Part shown: piece by piece, positions 57,624 through 60,592 of the stretch
Numbering within the stretch: position 1 is the stretch's first letter
Layout of the letters: each line of letters opens with the position of its first letter
NCBI GenBank assembly: GCA_026985435.1
Contig: JALSQL010000012.1
Location: forward strand, 1-60,592
Direction of reading: 5' to 3'
Source of the DNA: Acidilobaceae archaeon
Lineage (GTDB): Archaea > Thermoproteota > Thermoprotei_A > Sulfolobales > Acidilobaceae
DNA: 60,592 bases
Position numbers and translations under genes: made by a program
Notes under the pieces: generated by a model
What the model saw: only the letters and a program-made list of their open reading frames with translations
Told to the model about the DNA's origin: nothing
The model's database searches: none

Positions 57624-57663
57624 GCGTGTGGAGGGCTTTAAGCTGGAGGAGCCCCACGGGCCG

Positions 57664-58641
57664 CTAGCCCCCGAGCAGCGCGGCAGCGATTATGGGGAGT
57701 GTCAGGGTGGCGTCGCCGTAGACGACGACCTTCCTCGCCCTCGGCTTCACCTTCCCCCAGCTTATGGCCTCCCGCGGGTGGGCCCCGCTCAGGCTGCCGT
57801 CGTACTCGACCGCCGTGGTCAGGTATACAACGTAGTCCAGCCCGCCGCGGAACTGGCTCCACCATATGGTGTGGTGCTTGCTTATCCCCCCGCCCACGAT
57901 CAGGGCGGCCGCCTCGCCCTCGCTCGGGAAGAATAGGTCCGCGAGGGCGGCCATGTCCGAGTAGTAGTCTACCTCGACCCTGCTACCCCTCTGAGCCTCC
58001 ATGAAGAGGGCGGTCCCGAAGGCGCCGTCGGGCCAGCCCGGCACGAACACCCTAACGCCCCTCCTATGGGCCGCCGCCAGGATGCTGCCACTAGCCCCCC
58101 GGGACTCGAGCATCTCCCCCGCGAGGTCCAGGAGCCTGTAGAGAGGCCAGCGGGCCCCTCCCCTGCGGAGCGCCTCGGCGACTAGCTCCCTTACGAACCC
58201 CTCGACCGGCGGCCCGTAGTCGCTGAGCGGTATGAAGACGTTGCCGAGCCTATGGTAGCCCTCCTCGTAGAGCTTCGAGTCGTCCGCCTCAAAGTAGCCC
58301 CGGAGGTACCTGCCCCCGAGGGCCCTGGCGATGTCGTGGTCGAGCGCCCCCGCGGTGGTTATGGCCACGTTGAAGAGGCCGGAGTCGAGCAGGTCAGCCA
58401 GCACCCCGCGGAGCCCCGTGGCGACGAGGTTAGCCGTGAAGGAGATGACGCGGAGCCTAGACCTCCCCAGGCCCTCGCGGAGCACCTCGACGGCCTCGGC
58501 CAGGTGGCCCGCCATGAACCCGTGTATGTCACGGTACGCCCTCACGAGGTCCCCGACGCTCATAGAGCCCCTGACGTGTACGTCCCTAACCTCCTCGAAG
58601 CCCCCAGCCACACCCCGGCACCCACACGCCACCCCCGCCAC
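57664..58641 (-). CDS. dys: Deoxyhypusine synthase
   Basis: '[12 protein letters not shown]', 'RLGNVFIP', 'GGGISKHH', '[16 protein letters not shown]', 'GDATL'. Confidence 0.95.
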   Translation of the reverse strand: MAGVACGCRGVAGGFEEVRDVHVRGSMSVGDLVRAYRDIHGFMAGHLAEAVEVLREGLGRSRLRVISFTANLVATGLRGVLADLLDSGLFNVAITTAGALDHDIARALGGRYLRGYFEADDSKLYEEGYHRLGNVFIPLSDYGPPVEGFVRELVAEALRRGGARWPLYRLLDLAGEMLESRGASGSILAAAHRRGVRVFVPGWPDGAFGTALFMEAQRGSRVEVDYYSDMAALADLFFPSEGEAAALIVGGGISKHHTIWWSQFRGGLDYVVYLTTAVEYDGSLSGAHPREAISWGKVKPRARKVVVYGDATLTLPIIAAALLGG

Positions 58642-58687
58642 CCAGGTTTAATGCTGGCCGCCGCCCGGCCCCGCTAGGAGGCAGGCC

Positions 58688-59464
58688 GTGCCCGGCAGGC
58701 TGCTAGTCGTGGCCGGCGCCACGCTCGACTCGGTCGACGGTGGCCCCTGGAGGCCCGGGGGGCCGGGCCTCTACGCCGCCGCCGCAGCCGGGGCCCTGGG
58801 CTGTAGCGTGGACGTACTCGGCCCCCTGGGGGTGGATGACGCCTGGCTGGTGGCGCGGGCCTACAGGTCCCTCGGGGCACGCCTCCTCGGCCCGCTAACC
58901 CCGGGGTGCAGCTACAGGTTCAGGCACGCCTACACGCCCGGCGGGAGGGTCTCCAGGGTTGAGTGCCGCCCGGCCCCCCTGGGGCCCGATAGCCTCGCGG
59001 CCGCCGGGCTGGACGGGTACGACGCCCTGCTCGTCAGCCCGGTCCACTGCGAGGTGAGCCCCGAGGCCGCCGCCCACCTGGCGGTCAACGCACCCGCGGC
59101 CGTGAGGGCCCTCGACGTCCAGGGGTTCGCGAGGTGCTACGGCCACATACCATCGAGGGCCCTCGGCGGCTACACGGTAGTGCATGCCTCTAGCGACGAC
59201 ACCCCGCGCCCCCCACGGGCCCGGGCCGGCCTTGTGGCGTACACCCTCGGGCCCGGGGGCGGCGTCCTCCTGAGCCCTAGGGGCGTGGAGGCCAGGATAC
59301 CGGAGCCCCCCAGGCTACTAGGCGACCCGACGGGGGCGGGCGACGCCTTCACAGCGTCGCTAGCCTGCCTGCTCTCGGAGGGCCTCAGCCCCGGCGAGGC
59401 CGCTGGGCTGGCGGTCGAGGCGACCGTTGAGGCCCTGGAGGCCGCTCGGGCTCAGGGCTTTTGA
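58688..59464 (+). CDS. PfkB family carbohydrate kinase
   Basis: 'PGGPGLY', 'LDVQGF.R', 'DPTGAGDAF'. Confidence 0.88.
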   Translation: MPGRLLVVAGATLDSVDGGPWRPGGPGLYAAAAAGALGCSVDVLGPLGVDDAWLVARAYRSLGARLLGPLTPGCSYRFRHAYTPGGRVSRVECRPAPLGPDSLAAAGLDGYDALLVSPVHCEVSPEAAAHLAVNAPAAVRALDVQGFARCYGHIPSRALGGYTVVHASSDDTPRPPRARAGLVAYTLGPGGGVLLSPRGVEARIPEPPRLLGDPTGAGDAFTASLACLLSEGLSPGEAAGLAVEATVEALEAARAQGF

Positions 59465-59495
59465 TCCCGCCCCCGCGCTGGGGGCTGGGAGGGGG

Positions 59496-59786
59496 TTGGC
59501 CGCGGTGCACGACCCTCTAGAGGCGGCCCTCCGCAGGTCCATGCAGAGGCGCGGCGTGTTCACCGACCCCTTCACCTTGATGGAGGTGGCCACGCTCCTG
59601 CGCCGCCTGGCCGAGGGGGGCCCGGGGAGCGTGGAGGGCGAGAAGGGTAGCCTGATACTTGAGAGCACCATATCCCACCTGGCCCTGGTCTTCGAGAAGA
59701 TAAACGTCGAGAGGCCGAGGGAGAAGGCGGAGGCGGTGGTGCTCGACGCCCTGAGGGAGTGCTGGTCAACCGGCTGTAGGGGCTAA
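59496..59786 (+). CDS. Hypothetical protein
   Basis: TTG 59496 after GGAGGGGG; host-like codon usage; no motif recognised. Confidence 0.55.
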   Translation: MAAVHDPLEAALRRSMQRRGVFTDPFTLMEVATLLRRLAEGGPGSVEGEKGSLILESTISHLALVFEKINVERPREKAEAVVLDALRECWSTGCRG

Positions 59787-59854
59787 CGGCGCCGGGGGCT
59801 GCGAAATATGAAGCTCCAGCCCCGCCACGGTCACCCGCGGGGGGTGGCCGGGGG

Positions 59855-60592
59855 GTGGCGGGGCTTCGGGTGGCGTTTGTCTCGACCTACCCTCCCATAC
59901 ACTGCGGGGTGGGCGAGTACACCAGGATGCTCCTCTCGGCTATGAGCGAGCGGGAGCCAGGCCTGGAGCCGCTTGTCCTGGCGGAGGCGGGTGTGGGTGG
60001 GGGGTACAGGGATGAGCCCTCGGGCGCGCTGGTGGTGCCCTCGTTCCGCCAGGCTGACCCCTCAAGCCTCCGCGGGGTCGTGGATAGGCTTCAGGAGTAT
60101 GGCCCGGTTGACGTTATCCACGTCCAGCACGAGTACGGTATCTTCGGGAGGGGGGATGAGATCGTCCGCGTAGCAGACGAGGCTAGGAGGGAGCGCCTGG
60201 CCAGGGCCGTTGTGTTCACTATGCACACCGTGTACCACCCCCTCACGGCTGACCACGGCGAGGATAGGGTCCAGGACGCCGTGCTCTCTGAGGCTGACGG
60301 GGTGATAGTCCACAGCGCCCAGCAGGAGTTCGAGCTCCACGCCCAGCTGGGCGGGTACCCCTCGAACCTCCACAGGATCCCCCACGGGACCAGCGTGAAC
60401 CCCTACCTCAGCACGCCGAGGCGGGTGCTCGCCAGGAGGCTCGGCCTCGAGGGGGCGCTTGAGGGCAGGATGGTGCTTAGCCTGGTCGGCTTCATAAGGC
60501 CTGACAAGGGGCTGGACACGCTGCTGGAGGCGCTCGAGGAGCTCGACGCGGGCGACAGGCTCGCCGTAATCGTGGGCGGCGAGGTTAGGGAC
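59855..60592 (+). CDS. Glycosyltransferase family 4 (partial, runs off the window end; absent from the ORF track)
   Basis: Open frame from GTG 59855: 'LRVAFVSTYPPIHCGVGEYT', 'DVIHVQHEYGIF', 'TMHTV', 'IPHG', 'GFIRPDKG'. Confidence 0.9.
   Translation, partial: MAGLRVAFVSTYPPIHCGVGEYTRMLLSAMSEREPGLEPLVLAEAGVGGGYRDEPSGALVVPSFRQADPSSLRGVVDRLQEYGPVDVIHVQHEYGIFGRGDEIVRVADEARRERLARAVVFTMHTVYHPLTADHGEDRVQDAVLSEADGVIVHSAQQEFELHAQLGGYPSNLHRIPHGTSVNPYLSTPRRVLARRLGLEGALEGRMVLSLVGFIRPDKGLDTLLEALEELDAGDRLAVIVGGEVRD

Noticed and set aside
1..60592. Numerous long antisense/alternative-frame ORFs; CRISPR arrays, IS elements, proviral genes
   Set aside because: The shadow ORFs are typical of high-GC DNA and overlap well-supported genes; no repeat-spacer array, transposase, integrase or viral hallmark was found.

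Overview
GC-rich archaeal chromosome segment. Gene set and style (secE-spt5-rpl11-rpl1-rpl10, aIF-1A/Rio1/Dim2/Nmd3, Dph5, Topo VI, deoxyhypusine synthase, TATA promoters) point to a hyperthermophilic crenarchaeote, probably Desulfurococcales/Acidilobales-like (inference). It is mostly housekeeping and metabolic genes plus tRNA-Gly(GCC). The strongest finding is a 427-aa intein inserted inside the catalytic DxD Toprim motif of topoisomerase VI subunit A; its full-length LAGLIDADG domain has Ser at both catalytic Asp positions. Also notable: a candidate C/D-box sRNA at 18.5 kb; a structured rpl1 leader resembling an L1-binding site, with rpl12 missing from the operon; a 3-Cys (WOR4-like) AOR-family enzyme divergent from a Cys-less TusA-like fusion; a secreted helical-repeat protein + membrane-anchored HTH + ABC exporter module; a decayed lower-GC patch (27.5-30.7 kb) with two multiply broken genes; and a 1680-aa surface S8 protease downstream of an Lrp gene and palindromic AT-rich sites. 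No CRISPR array, rRNA, integrase or transposase was seen. All family calls are motif recognition by eye, not database searches.
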